From Eukaryota sp. TZLM1-RC (lineage: Eukaryota > Protista > Metamonada: BaSk clade), in NCBI GenBank assembly GCA_040285825.1, contig JAUPSS010000004.1, forward strand, positions 5,919,784 through 5,983,783: a stretch of 64,000 nucleotides of DNA, written 5' to 3'. Numbering within the stretch: position 1 is the stretch's first letter; every line of letters begins with the position of its first letter. The notes under the pieces were generated by a model. The model was not told the DNA's origin, did not search any database, and worked only from the letters and a program-made list of their open reading frames with translations. Shown here piece by piece: positions 1 through 11,266 of this stretch. The position numbers were made by a program, and so were the translations under genes.

Positions 1-539
1 GACGCTGAGGTTCACTGACATCGGCTAGTGGTATGATGTAAACAAAGATGTAATTGTGTGGGAGGAGAAAAAGAGGATTCTCTAAGTATATAGACTATTA
101 TCTATCAATCTGCTTCATTATGCTGGATAATCAATTTGGTTAATAAATAAATTACAGTGAAACTTGGGAAGGGTTCATTTATTGTCAAGATATTAAATAT
201 CAGGCTATATTATCCGTTGGTGGTAATAACATTGGTAACACAATTGATAAAAGCATTAATAATCACTTAATGTTGTTGAAATGTTTGACATTGAATTTTC
301 ATCACCAACGGTTTGTATTTCTGTTGAAGTGACCCATGTCAGTGCTCATCAGTTATACTAAATGTCTAGAAGTTTGTTGAATCAAGCACAAACTCGATGA
401 GAATACCCTGAATTTTAAAAACATCGTTTGTAGACAATGACAAGCAACACCATTGCACAATGAGCAATTTTTTCGAAGTTTCTTCATTTATTACTTTTAC
501 AAAAATGTGACAACAATTGAATTAATTCAGTTTTGTTCA

Positions 540-930
540 AGACAGGCTTTTTTGAACAGTTTTCATACTTTTATTATGAAAACAAAATTTTAAAATTCGC
601 AGCCATAAAAGAACGTTGAATACATTTGTCTACGATTATGAAGAGAGATATGGTTCGTTTATTCACCATATTCTTGAAATGAATGAAAGTTGATCTAAAC
701 GCATTTTATTGGAAAAAGAAAAAGAAGGAGATGGTAAAAAGCAGAAAATTACTCCGGCCAAGACGAACATACATAGACTTGAGATTTGTTATTGGAACCT
801 CCAATGAAACTCAGTTCTGGTTCAGAGGTGCGTGAGGTGCTTTAGAACGGTTACAATGCACTGTCGAATAAAAGCTCCGACAAAAGATTTGTTGAGATTT
901 TGCCATGAATGGTGATGATCAGATACAAAA
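540..930 (+). pseudogene. possible degenerate hAT-like transposase C-terminal relic
   Basis: Manual translation near 763-831 gives RRTYIDLRFVIGTSNETQFWF, resembling the hAT dimerisation motif Y-x-D-L-x-F-I-x-x-T-S-N-x-x-E-R-x-F-S; many stops. Confidence 0.25.
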
Positions 931-1179
931 AATCAAAGGCTTCTCTGATTATTTGGAGATTGTATTGGTTTCATCTTTCTGAATGCTGAGCTGTAAAATA
1001 GGCACATGCAATTGCTGAAGCCAGAATGAGTGGTAATGAAGGACCTCAGTGTCTGTGTAGTAGACAGTTTTTGTAAACATTCCACACGAAAATTGATCGT
1101 GTATTTATGGGAATTTCCCATAATTGTAGCTGTTCTCTCTTTTTCGATTAACTACACAACACTTTGACTTAAATAACTA

Positions 1180-1701
1180 ATGGCCGAAGTCTTCCTTATT
1201 GGCAACATACAAGGCACATCTTCTCTTAAAGGCAATTACTGTTCATGTCAGTTTTCCTTACATTTGGGCAACAACTGGGAGCTCGTTGAAGGTGCAACAG
1301 AAGGTCGTACCCAAATGGCCAAACTACATGAAGGTTCTTCCATTTGGCAGCATCCCATTGACATTCATTTAGCTGCACACACTTTTGCAGACTGGCCAAA
1401 GCTGCTTTTCAGAGTGTATTGTCGTGATTTCTTTGAAACTGATGGTTTTGCTGGATATGGGCTTCTCCAAGTTCCTTCTCATGCTGGTCACCACAAATTA
1501 GATGTTCCTTTATGGCGCCCTGAAGGATCTTTCAAGCATAAGCTTGAAGGAACTCTCTTAGGAGGACATCCAGAGTTTGAAAAGACTAACTTTTTGTTTC
1601 AAGATTCTCTGCCCACCATTAATGTTGTTAGTGTTGGGTCCCTGCAATTAGAGCTGAATGTGGTTCATAGAGGGTTTGATCGCCATGGTGTGGTTTTGTG
1701 A
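1180..1701 (+). CDS. B9D2: B9 domain-containing protein 2 (ciliary transition zone)
   Basis: 173 aa; MAEVFLIGNI N-terminus, G-x-TQ, WQHPIDIH, WPKL, GYG, PLWRP and C-terminal F-x-x-HGV match B9D2. Confidence 0.9.
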   Translation: MAEVFLIGNIQGTSSLKGNYCSCQFSLHLGNNWELVEGATEGRTQMAKLHEGSSIWQHPIDIHLAAHTFADWPKLLFRVYCRDFFETDGFAGYGLLQVPSHAGHHKLDVPLWRPEGSFKHKLEGTLLGGHPEFEKTNFLFQDSLPTINVVSVGSLQLELNVVHRGFDRHGVVL

Positions 1702-1924
1702 TTTATTTATTGAAAATATTTCTTTTAATTATTTAATTCAAATAATAATTTGGATTTTTATCAATGGTTTGTTGTCCAACTTGTATATTATTATATTTTT
1801 GCATTAAATTCAACAATGGCCAATTGTCTATTTAGTTTGTTATTGAATTCACTTATTTTTCAAAGATTAATTACTCTTTTTCAGCACCCAAAGACAAAAT
1901 TTATTAAATAAAAATTCATGTTCT

Positions 1925-2757
1925 TATCAGACATTCAGAACTGTACTAGTTTAATATCTCAGCAACCAAGGCCATTTGGTCTTCACTTAACAAATGAAGC
2001 TTGGAAACAAAACATGCGGTTGAGATTAGGGATGTATCCAAGTGGTCTTTTGGACAATTCTTATTGTATTTGTAACAAAAAACCTACTGCCAATTTTCGT
2101 CATATTGTGAGCTGTAGAAAATTTCTCCAATATAGGTCAGTTCTTCATAATGCCGTTCGTGATGTGACATATGAGATGTTCAAGTGTTACAATTTTAGTT
2201 GCAAAGTAGACCCTTTGTTGAAGCATTATAGTGATGATAATCTTTTTAATTCACGTCGAGGTGATTTAATTGCTCCTTTTGTGGGTTCCTCTCAAGTTGT
2301 TGTTGATTTCACTACAGTTGATCCCTTTGCTTTTGTTTATCGCGATGATGTTTTACTTAGTAATAATGGTCATTTAAACAAGGCTGAAGATCGTAAGAGA
2401 GATAAATATACTGAGATATTAAATGATTTAAATAAGAACATTTATTCGAAGTTTTCGTTTGTTCCTTTTGCCTTTTCGATTTTTGGCAACATTGGACAAT
2501 CCGCCTTGAATTTCATCAATGATTTTGGTAATTTATGTCGTTCAAGTGGTAAGAATTTTGCAGAGAATTTATGGAAAAATCGTATCATTTTCGCTTTGTA
2601 CAGAAGTGTTCCCAAGTACTTGAGTTTAATGATGTCTAAACTTTATAAGGATTCATCAAGAGTTGGCGTGGAGAATTTAGTTTCTTATGTGTTTTAGTTT
2701 GTTTTGTTTTTATTTGATTCTTTATATAAATGGTTTAATAAATAAATAAATAAATAA
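1925..2757 (+). mobile_element. 5'-truncated RLE non-LTR retrotransposon, family A
   Basis: CICN..HIVSC..LHNAVRD..RGD..D..K-x-x-KY (CCHC plus restriction-like endonuclease); (AAAT)n tail; TSD AAAAATTCATGTTCT at 1910-1924 and 2758-2772; near-identical to 34440-35219. Confidence 0.88.
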
Positions 2758-3564
2758 AAAAATTCATGTTCTATTTATTTTCGATTATAGCGACAGAACA
2801 GGCTTAATTTTGTGTAATCTTTGGTGAACCAAGACATCTTTCTGTAATATTCCTCATTTTTCAATAGATAGAACATCATTGATTTGTTATTGGTACTGTT
2901 TAATAATGAACAATGTCTTAATGTTAAAGGAACTAAGTGATTAAATTTTATGAATTTGTCAGATTGTTTGCAATGTTCACCACCATTTTTGAATGATCCT
3001 TTAGTTGTCGTAAAGAGTCTAAGTCCGCTGCAAATAGGTGCAAGCACATGTGTTGGCTTCAATGCACGGTTTTCCATAAACTAGAGAAAAAAATGATGTT
3101 TATAAAGAGAGTTAAGAAAATCAACTATAAAAGACAACACTAAAGAAAAAGCTAAAGGTGACGTGATAGGATACGTGATACTTTCTAGATCTGGAAAGTC
3201 GTGTTCAGCCTTATCTAACACATGTTTTCTATTTGTCCAATTGTTATACGGTGTCCAAAAAAATCAGTTTTTTTGGACCAACAAATTGGGTGATTTTTGA
3301 ACTGTAAAACTTAATAAAATAAACTCACAACTAGTAGGACATAAGTTCTTGAAAGAAGATTCCCTTTACATGATCCCAATCTACATGTTTCCAAGCTAGA
3401 GCTGCTTTAGTTCGATTAAAGTACTTTGTCAATATTCATCGAGGTTAATTGAATTCGTGAACCTCATAAAAAGATATCAAACATCGCGATTGTTCTTTAC
3501 ACCCCTTTTGTCGAAGTAAAAATATCAAGTTCCTTCTAGTAGTGAAGGAATCCTTGAAATGCCT

Positions 3565-3970
3565 CAAATGAATTGCTTGTTAATTCTGAAATTCATAATC
3601 CTCTTTCAAATGCTGAAAATTTCTAAATCAATAAATACAATGAACCTTTGACCAAAATGTTCACTCAACAGCATGCAAAATACAATTTGTGTCAATTTGT
3701 ATTTTCTCTTTTTGGTTCTCTTGCTCCAACTGCTATACGTTTTTTGGCAGATTTTGCAATGATTGCAAAGAGAAGAACTAACAGAAATTTCAACAGATTG
3801 CTTTGGCAAAATAGAATTGTGTTTTCCATTTTTAAAGGAATGTTGAAGATGGTTTCTGATGCTTTGCTTTCTCTTGGATCTCACTATGAGAGAGTTGCAT
3901 CAAGTGTTTTTGGTTTGGGAGAAATGGATTATTTAGATGTTGAATTATAGGTTTTTGATAAAAAAATATT
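3565..3970 (+). mobile_element. 3' fragment of RLE non-LTR retrotransposon, family C
   Basis: FVFSLFGSLAP..WQNRIVFSIFKG, similar to 9500-9897 and 45780-46169. Confidence 0.8.
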
Positions 3971-4029
3971 AAAAGTATTCCAATACTTTTGATAATTGAC
4001 ACATATTGGAACTCAACCAAAAACCTTAA

Positions 4030-4690
4030 CTAATGTGTTTACCTACTCAAACCCTATCAATTGAATGACCGAAGATTTTCGCTATTCACATGGATAGCAA
4101 CTGGCTTGTTATAAAACCCGTAATGTTATTCAAAATGGAGTTAATACAGCGAGGAAGGGCTTTCAATAACGATAATGCAACTCTGTTCTTCCAAATGAAG
4201 AAATCGAATGCACCACCACCTTCTTTGAAAAGTTTTCCTAAATAATCTGAAAATTGAGACCTTCAGTTCCAATGGAACCAAAAATAGGAATTGTAATTGA
4301 GACAAATTTGATGTTTCTGCCTCTTGCTCCATTAGTGCGTTGTAGAAGGCTTCGTATTTTGATTTCTCCGAAAGTTTTGCAACTCTGAGTAGATGATTGA
4401 ATGTCAGAATTGGAACTTCTTTTCCATGGAGATAAGGTAGTACAATCGATAAAAAGTTCAGTTCCATCATACCATGTACAATGAATTCCACTTCGTTTTT
4501 GGCTCAAACTGAAATTTAATTCATCAAACAGTTGTTCTAAATGGACTGATTGATGAGCACATTTTAACAGATCATAAATACAATCACGAACAGCATTGTG
4601 GATAATTGATCTTTTTTGAGTGAATTTACAAAAGGGAATAAGGTGATCAAAAGACGCTTAAGCACAACAATATTTCTTGGAATATAACCA
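4030..4690 (-). mobile_element. degenerate RLE non-LTR retrotransposon 3' fragment, family E
   Basis: HNAVRDCIYD, IDCT, K-x-x-KY and FGSIG motifs of the RLE domain in broken frames. Confidence 0.7.
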
Positions 4691-4714
4691 ATAATAGTGT
4701 CTTTAGGGCTGTCT

Positions 4715-5788
4715 ATGTATACTCAACTGCTCTCTCTTGATCTCAATGCACCCTTAGACTCCCAACTGTCTCCAGCTGTATCAGCTTTACAAAATGATGG
4801 TCTTGTCTGTTGTCCTTCAGAAACTGTATATGGTCTTTGCGCCAATGCTCTCAGTGACAAAGCTGTCAAGGGAATCTTTCACGCTAAGGGAAGGCCCAGT
4901 GACAATCCTCTCATTGTTCACATTTCCTCCACTGATATGCTCCCTCTCATTACCTCCCATGTTCCTAGCTACGTGAAACCTTTAATGGACCACTTTTGGC
5001 CTGGACCCATCTCTTTCGTTCTCCCAGCGTGCCCAAATCTTCCCTCAATTGTCACTGCTGGTCTATCAACTGTAGCTGTTCGTATGCCCTCTCATCCAGT
5101 CATGTCTTCCTTGATTTCAAACTCCAACCTTCCTTTAGCCGCCCCCTCCGCCAATACGTCAGGACGACCTTCCCCCACACTAGCCAAACACTGTATGGAG
5201 GATCTTGAAGGCAAGGTAGATGTTGTTATTGACGGAGGTAGTTCAGCAGTTGGAATTGAAAGCACCGTTGTGGACGTCACTAGTGAAGTACCTGTGATAC
5301 TACGTCCTGGTGTAATTGGAATTGATGATTTATATCAAGTATTGAATATTAAAGGACCATGTGGTGATGTGTGCAACGAAATTTCGCTATCTTCTGATTC
5401 CCCTAGATGCCCTGGACTTCGACACAAACATTATGCTCCGGAAGGTGACGTGATGTTGATCGATGATTGTACAGAGGTAAAAATGAATGGTGGTAGGGTT
5501 GGGGTCTTAGTCACTCGTGATTTGATTGGTGATTTGATTGATGATTGTGATTCTTTTGATTTGGTAAGCATGGATGATCTGAGTGATTTAAATCTCGACA
5601 AGAGCTCAAAATCAATCATTTTTGATTGTGGAATTGATGCCAATTCTTTTGCAAAGAATTTGTACAGTGCACTTCGTCTCTGTGATGATTTTTTGATCTC
5701 TACTATATTTATTTTAAAGTTTTCAAAAAATTCACCAGTGAAACTTGCCCTAATGAATAGAATAGAGAAGGCGGCGTCAAAGGTTTAA
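4715..5788 (+). CDS. SUA5: threonylcarbamoyl-AMP synthase Sua5 (TsaC2 type)
   Basis: PSETVYGL, KGRPSDNPLIVH, FWPGP, AVRMP, APSANTSGRPSPT, GIEST, PG-x-x-x-x-HYAP, ALMNRIEKAA; first ATG at 4715. Confidence 0.95.
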   Translation: MYTQLLSLDLNAPLDSQLSPAVSALQNDGLVCCPSETVYGLCANALSDKAVKGIFHAKGRPSDNPLIVHISSTDMLPLITSHVPSYVKPLMDHFWPGPISFVLPACPNLPSIVTAGLSTVAVRMPSHPVMSSLISNSNLPLAAPSANTSGRPSPTLAKHCMEDLEGKVDVVIDGGSSAVGIESTVVDVTSEVPVILRPGVIGIDDLYQVLNIKGPCGDVCNEISLSSDSPRCPGLRHKHYAPEGDVMLIDDCTEVKMNGGRVGVLVTRDLIGDLIDDCDSFDLVSMDDLSDLNLDKSSKSIIFDCGIDANSFAKNLYSALRLCDDFLISTIFILKFSKNSPVKLALMNRIEKAASKV

Positions 5789-6016
5789 ATTTTCCTAGTT
5801 TTTTAGTTTTATTTAAATTATTTAGTTTTATTTAAATTATTTTTTGGAAGTAATCAGGTTACTAGGTGATTGGTGATTCTGATTGTGTTATATTTTACAA
5901 TTGAAATTTTCTTTGAATAATGCAACAATTCATAGTTATTATTTGTAAAAATGTCTTTATAAAAACTCACTTAATAGAATTCTTTAAAAAAAGTAAAATG
6001 AAAAAAATATTTTATT

Positions 6017-6931
6017 TTACATTTTGACAATTTGAAGTTCTTCCCGTTCAGCTAGAGTTACGATTAAAGAATCTTCATTTGTTACAACACCAGAGGGAAT
6101 GGAATTTTCAATAATCAGCGAACTTAATTTCTTGATATTTTTCAAATCAAAACTTACAGAAAATAATGTTAAAGTGGTATCTTCCGAACCAACAATCAGA
6201 TGATAGCCAGAGTCTTCCCTAGTCAAACAAATACACGTGATCATTTTGACCATGTTTATGACCGAAACAACAGCACTAATTCTTGTATCAAAAAGGGTAA
6301 TCATTCCATTCAAATGACCAATTGCTATTAAATTTTCCTTATGCTGCAGGAAGCAAACATCGTTATCCAAGGAACATTTGCCAACTGCAGAGGCTTTGAG
6401 ATCAGGGGTGAGTGAGAAAAAGTGTAAACAGGACGACTCAGTGAGACAGTACAGAGTGTTGTTGTAAACAGCAAGGCCAATAATAGCAGAGTCAATCAAA
6501 TTCTGATTGAGGGTCAGAACAGCTGAGGAAAGCTTGTTGAAGGTGGGAGAGGAAAAGTTAAATGACCAGACCTCACCCTTTGTCGTTGAAACTAACACGG
6601 TACTGAGATCAGGAAGGACAATAGAATCAGTAGGAAAGACACCACTCCCATCAAATCTGTATTCGAATTGTAACTGTTGATCAGAGATTGAATATATCTT
6701 TATGATGGAGAGATCAAAAACGATGAGGTGACCCGATTGAACTAGAACTTTGTTGACAGGTGATTTGAGTGTGGAAAAAGATGGGTTGGCAGCATTGAGA
6801 TCAGACAAAGATCCTAAAACAATGGTATTGGGACCAGCATAAGCAATCATTCCATCTGAAGATGAAAGATTCTGAGGACCATGTAGAGCAGGAACTGATG
6901 TCCTGATAGCAGACTGCATTGACAGTGGCAT
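6017..6931 (-). CDS. WD40 beta-propeller protein, WDR54-like
   Basis: 304 aa, beta-strand-rich; IGHLNGMITLFD, GSEDTTLTLF; termini resemble WDR54. Confidence 0.55.
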   Translation of the reverse strand: MPLSMQSAIRTSVPALHGPQNLSSSDGMIAYAGPNTIVLGSLSDLNAANPSFSTLKSPVNKVLVQSGHLIVFDLSIIKIYSISDQQLQFEYRFDGSGVFPTDSIVLPDLSTVLVSTTKGEVWSFNFSSPTFNKLSSAVLTLNQNLIDSAIIGLAVYNNTLYCLTESSCLHFFSLTPDLKASAVGKCSLDNDVCFLQHKENLIAIGHLNGMITLFDTRISAVVSVINMVKMITCICLTREDSGYHLIVGSEDTTLTLFSVSFDLKNIKKLSSLIIENSIPSGVVTNEDSLIVTLAEREELQIVKM

Positions 6932-6999
6932 TAGCTAATAGCGCAAAATAATAGACTGCAGAATAATGTTGGGGACACAATGAAACATTTCTTTAATTC

Positions 7000-8000
7000 T
7001 TTCTCAAACTTTTGCTTTGACATTAAATGTTACATTCAATTCGTTGAAATGATTCAACCAGCTGTAATTCTTTGCCTTGAAGCAGTTGATGTATAAGTGA
7101 GAAAGCTTAGATTGAAATCACAAGATTTTACATTCATTGTCCATGCTGTTTTGAACATTGTGAACTCTAAGCGCAGAAAATCATTCATGAAGAATCATTA
7201 TTTCGATATTTGGGCTTAGGCAATGACGATGAAGTATCATTATACAAACTTGCTACTAAAATATTTCTCGGTTGATTATAAATTTTTGAGTACATTTAGC
7301 CAATTGTTTTTTTGCATGTACATTGATAAAATGTTCGTGAAGAATTACAGGGGTCAATGGACATGGTATCTCAAGTGGTAAAGCTTCCAATTAAGCCGGG
7401 AACCACCAATCACCTCTTGTCAGACCCATAGAAGCTCCGTCGTAGCGCGTACTGTCAATACTGGGGTTATTGACAATTTATTTTGATATCAGAGGCTCTT
7501 GAAATGAATCTACTCAATATGATTTGCAAATAACATAAATATGGTCCTTGACATCATTATGCACTTTGCTTCTAAATGTAATAAAATGTTTACAGTTCCA
7601 AAGATGAGTAAACAAAAGAGGTTTACCACATTTTCATGTTGATGATTAGACCAATTGTTCATCTACAGAAAACAAAGAAAACGCGTGTTTCAAAGCCATC
7701 CATTGTCTCCTGAAAGAAGTTCATTAATAGAGGGATTTGGTGTCACTAAAGCAACTGTTGGCGCCCAAGGGTTATTTGATATAAATAGAAAATAAATCAG
7801 ACTTTTCTTTATTTATAATAGACTTTAGGCAACACAGCAGAACTGTTACGAATATCTTACATCAAATTTCCGAAAGCAGGAATTTTGTTGGCCAAACCAA
7901 GTCTTACTTCAAAAAGCGAGGTTTCATATAATTGAAAGAATATGGTGCTGGAACTTTTTCAAGTAAAATGTTGTTGTTACTGATTAACTAACTTGGTAGA
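7000..8000 (-). mobile_element. degenerate RLE non-LTR retrotransposon fragments (7380-8000 family D)
   Basis: 7380-7920 is nucleotide-similar to 33310-33800 (HL-x-NCKHFITF-x-SKVH, RGD motifs). Confidence 0.7.
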
Positions 8001-8659
8001 CAGATGAGGAATTTACATGATGAACGTGGCACTTGTTCAAGAACAAGTATTTCTATTAATAAATCTTTTTTCTCTCTTTACTTCTTTGGTATTTCTGCCT
8101 AACGGCATCAAAAAAGGCAAACAAGGCAGTAAACGTTTTGGGATTTCTCGGAAAATTTTCTGAAAAGCACTGAGTCCATTTACCTCCATGCAAATTGGCT
8201 AATTCTGCTGAATATTGATTCAATAAAAAATTAATTCACTATTGAAACGATGAGAATTGTTAGAGGACCTTTGACAAAATTCAAAAACAACAGTGTTGCT
8301 CCTGAAAACGTTGCTTAACACAAGCCAGATGAATTTTCTCAACCAACTGTAATTTAATCAGAAGAACAACATAAATGATTGGGAACATAGATTCATTAAC
8401 TTCTCATAAAGAAAAATAGAATTTGAAGCAAACAAAATGTAGAAATATCAAAATATGAGTAAAGAAATACCCCAAATTGATTGATGTACAATTGACTTCA
8501 TCTTCTTGCAGCGTACCGATTATTGTGTTCTGATTTTGTTAAATTGCAATTATTGTAGAAAGCGGCGTCGATTGAGCGAGAGCAAGAAATTTATGTTGGA
8601 GCTACAGCAACGCGTTCCTGAAAACAATTATTTGGTAGAAAATATTTCCAAATCATATA

Positions 8660-9395
8660 TTTATTTATCGAATAAGAAATATATAATAATCAAATGTACT
8701 GCCAAAGCTCCACATCCTCAAAATCTGCCTCCCCTACATCGAAACAAATACTTACTAAAGATTCAGAAAATTTCTTAAAAAAAGACAGTGAATCAGAACA
8801 TAATATCACAATTCCGTTAAACGTGGAAAAAATATCCTGTTTTGTCAGTAAAATTTGGTAGAAAATTGGGTTAGGTCTGAGTTTCGCTAAACAATGATGT
8901 CGAATAGCGCTCAGGTTTTTCTAAATGTTCTGTCGATCATAGTCATGAATCATCTTCTAGAAATTTACATTTCTTAGTTATAATGATAAACCAAAGAATA
9001 ATTTTCAACAATTATTTGTTTTGGAAAGTGGCCCTCCATTTGAATTACAAGCTACACGTTTGACTGCTTTCGTAAAGCCACGTGATGGAGTAAAACCTAA
9101 TGGTATCCGTCAAATTGACATAGGAGAATCTTTATCTCGTTTGTAAGCTTCAATTGACTTTGATTGTGTCAATGAAAAATTTTCTAAATCGTTGGATCCT
9201 CATCAACTTGGAATAGAAACAATAGATGGTGCTTCTGTTGCTGCTCTTGCTTCTGAAACTTTTTTCAAGTCAGAGAATAATAACTTTATTTTTAATCATG
9301 ACTTTGAAAATCTTTTAATTCTGGAAAGCGAAAAGCAATTTTTGATGTAATTAAATCTGATTTTCCTCAGCTCTCTAGTTTTTTGTTCCACTTTT
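8660..9395 (+). mobile_element. degenerate non-LTR RT fragment
   Basis: 9058-9140 translates RLTAFVKPRDGVKPNGIRQIDIGESLSR, then PHQLGIETIDG (RT motifs 1-2a); 8720-8775 resembles 32938-32992. Confidence 0.75.
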
Positions 9396-9906
9396 ATGTT
9401 TGATGCTGAAGATGATTTTCATAAGAATAATAGAGGTGATGTTATATTACCTGGATTAGATGGAAGTTTCATTTTATTGGATGTAATGTCTGTTGATCCT
9501 TGTAGTGCCTCAAATGAAAGGCTTGTTAATTCTGAAATTCATAATCCTCTTTCAAATGCTGAAAATTTCAAACTCAAAAAATACAATGAACCTTTGTCCA
9601 AATTGGCCAGTCTACAGCATGCAAAATACAATTTATATCCATTTGTATTTTCCCTTTTTGGTTCACTTGCACCAACTGCTTTACGTTTTTTTGGATGATT
9701 TTGAATTGATTGTAAAGAGAAGAACTGGGAGAAATTTCAACAGATTGTTTTGGCAAAATAGAATTGTGTTTCCTATTTTTAAGGGGATGTTGAAGATGGT
9801 TTCTGATGCTTTGCTGTCTCTTGGTTCTCACTATGAGAGAGTTGCATCTAGTGTTTTTGTTTTGGGAGAGATGGATTTTTTAGATGTTGATTTATAGGTT
9901 TTGAAT
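9396..9906 (+). mobile_element. family C RLE retrotransposon 3' part, interrupted at its 3' end
   Basis: RGDVILPG..LLDVMSVDP..K-x-KKY; near-identical to 45670-46169; its tail resumes at 10589-10623. Confidence 0.85.
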
Positions 9907-10588
9907 TCACCTCAACTCACTTTGCGCCATGCTCTAAATTGCTCTAAATTGATAACTTATCGTTCTTCATTACATGATGCTGTTAGAGACACTGTTTTCA
10001 ATATGGCACAAACTGCAAGGATATCGTGTATCAAAGAGCCCCTGCTGAAAGAAACACTTTCTCTGAATAATTTTGGTTCTGATGATAGAGGTGATGTATA
10101 CTGTGATTGGATTGATAATTCTGAAGCTATTGTTGACTTTGTCTCATGTAATGTTGCAAACGATACTTTGGTTCACAGAAGAAAACTTAATCCTGTGGCT
10201 GCTCTGGATTTTAAAGCAAAAGAAAAACATAGAAAATATGATAAAGAAATTGAAGATGCAAATATCGATAGAAATACACAGCTGGTTTTTATTGCTTTTC
10301 CATTTTCGATAAATGGAAGATTATCAGTTGAAGCAGAAACTTTTTGGATGACTTCCAAAAAAATGGTGAAAGAAAAAACAATGAAAAGATTTGATATTTT
10401 TTTATGGCGTTCACGGATTCAATTTGCCATTATTAATAGATTACCGCGGTTTTTCAATCGAATTAGAGAAGCTTTAGCTAGACAGCAAGCAAATCAAGAT
10501 TTTGTAGAGGAAATCTTGGTTTAATGATAGTCGTCCCATTAGTTATGATTTAATTTAATCAAGTGTGCAAATTCAATAAATTAATTTT
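9903..10588 (+). mobile_element. 5'-truncated family B RLE retrotransposon nested in family C
   Basis: Near-identical to 40958-41635; 12-bp TSD TAGGTTTTGAAT at 9895-9906 and 10589-10600. Confidence 0.9.
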
Positions 10589-11266
10589 TAGGTTTTGAAT
10601 AAAATTAAAATTAAATAAAAAAAGTACATTGTTTCACAATTTCAACAAAATCATCCAGGAAAGACAAAGCAAGAGGTCCATGAAACGTGCCATGAGGGGA
10701 AAATGCAAATGGACAGAGGACATAATGAGTATGCGATTCTGCATTCAAGGATAACAATTTTGCTTTATATTTGTCATTTTTGGTTTTTTCGGAAATTCAA
10801 TGTTATCCGATCAGTTTTTTAACCACATTGTTATTCATAAACGAAAACTGAACAAAAATCTTTATTCAAAGTTTGTATTGGAAACTATTTCTTTTGATTT
10901 GATTTGCTGGAAATCCTAGAATATAAATAAACCTTAAAGGAACATTTTTTAGCAACTTCATTGCTTAATGACTTATTAATTTGGTGATTTAAATTGTTAC
11001 AATGTTTATTATCAGCCATTAATCCTTTCAAATTAATGAAACATTGAAGTGAATTGATAATAAAATCACAAATTTGAGTAGATATTGGTGAACATTGTTT
11101 TGCAGGTAAAACCACAAAATAATTAAAAATTTCAATTTAATTAATTAGTAAATTGAAAAGTCACGTAAGTATACCACAATATGGAGAAAACTACACAAGA
11201 AACACCGATAATTGAAAACAAAAAAATGAAAATGAATATTAAACAATTAAAAACAATTAAAAACAA

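Noticed and set aside
1918-2697. Stand-alone endonuclease gene with its own ATG
   Set aside because: The ATG lies in the target-site duplication; it is a truncated retrotransposon
2775-3077. 100-aa ORF, and the 67-aa ORF at 63459-63662
   Set aside because: No recognisable motifs; cannot support a call
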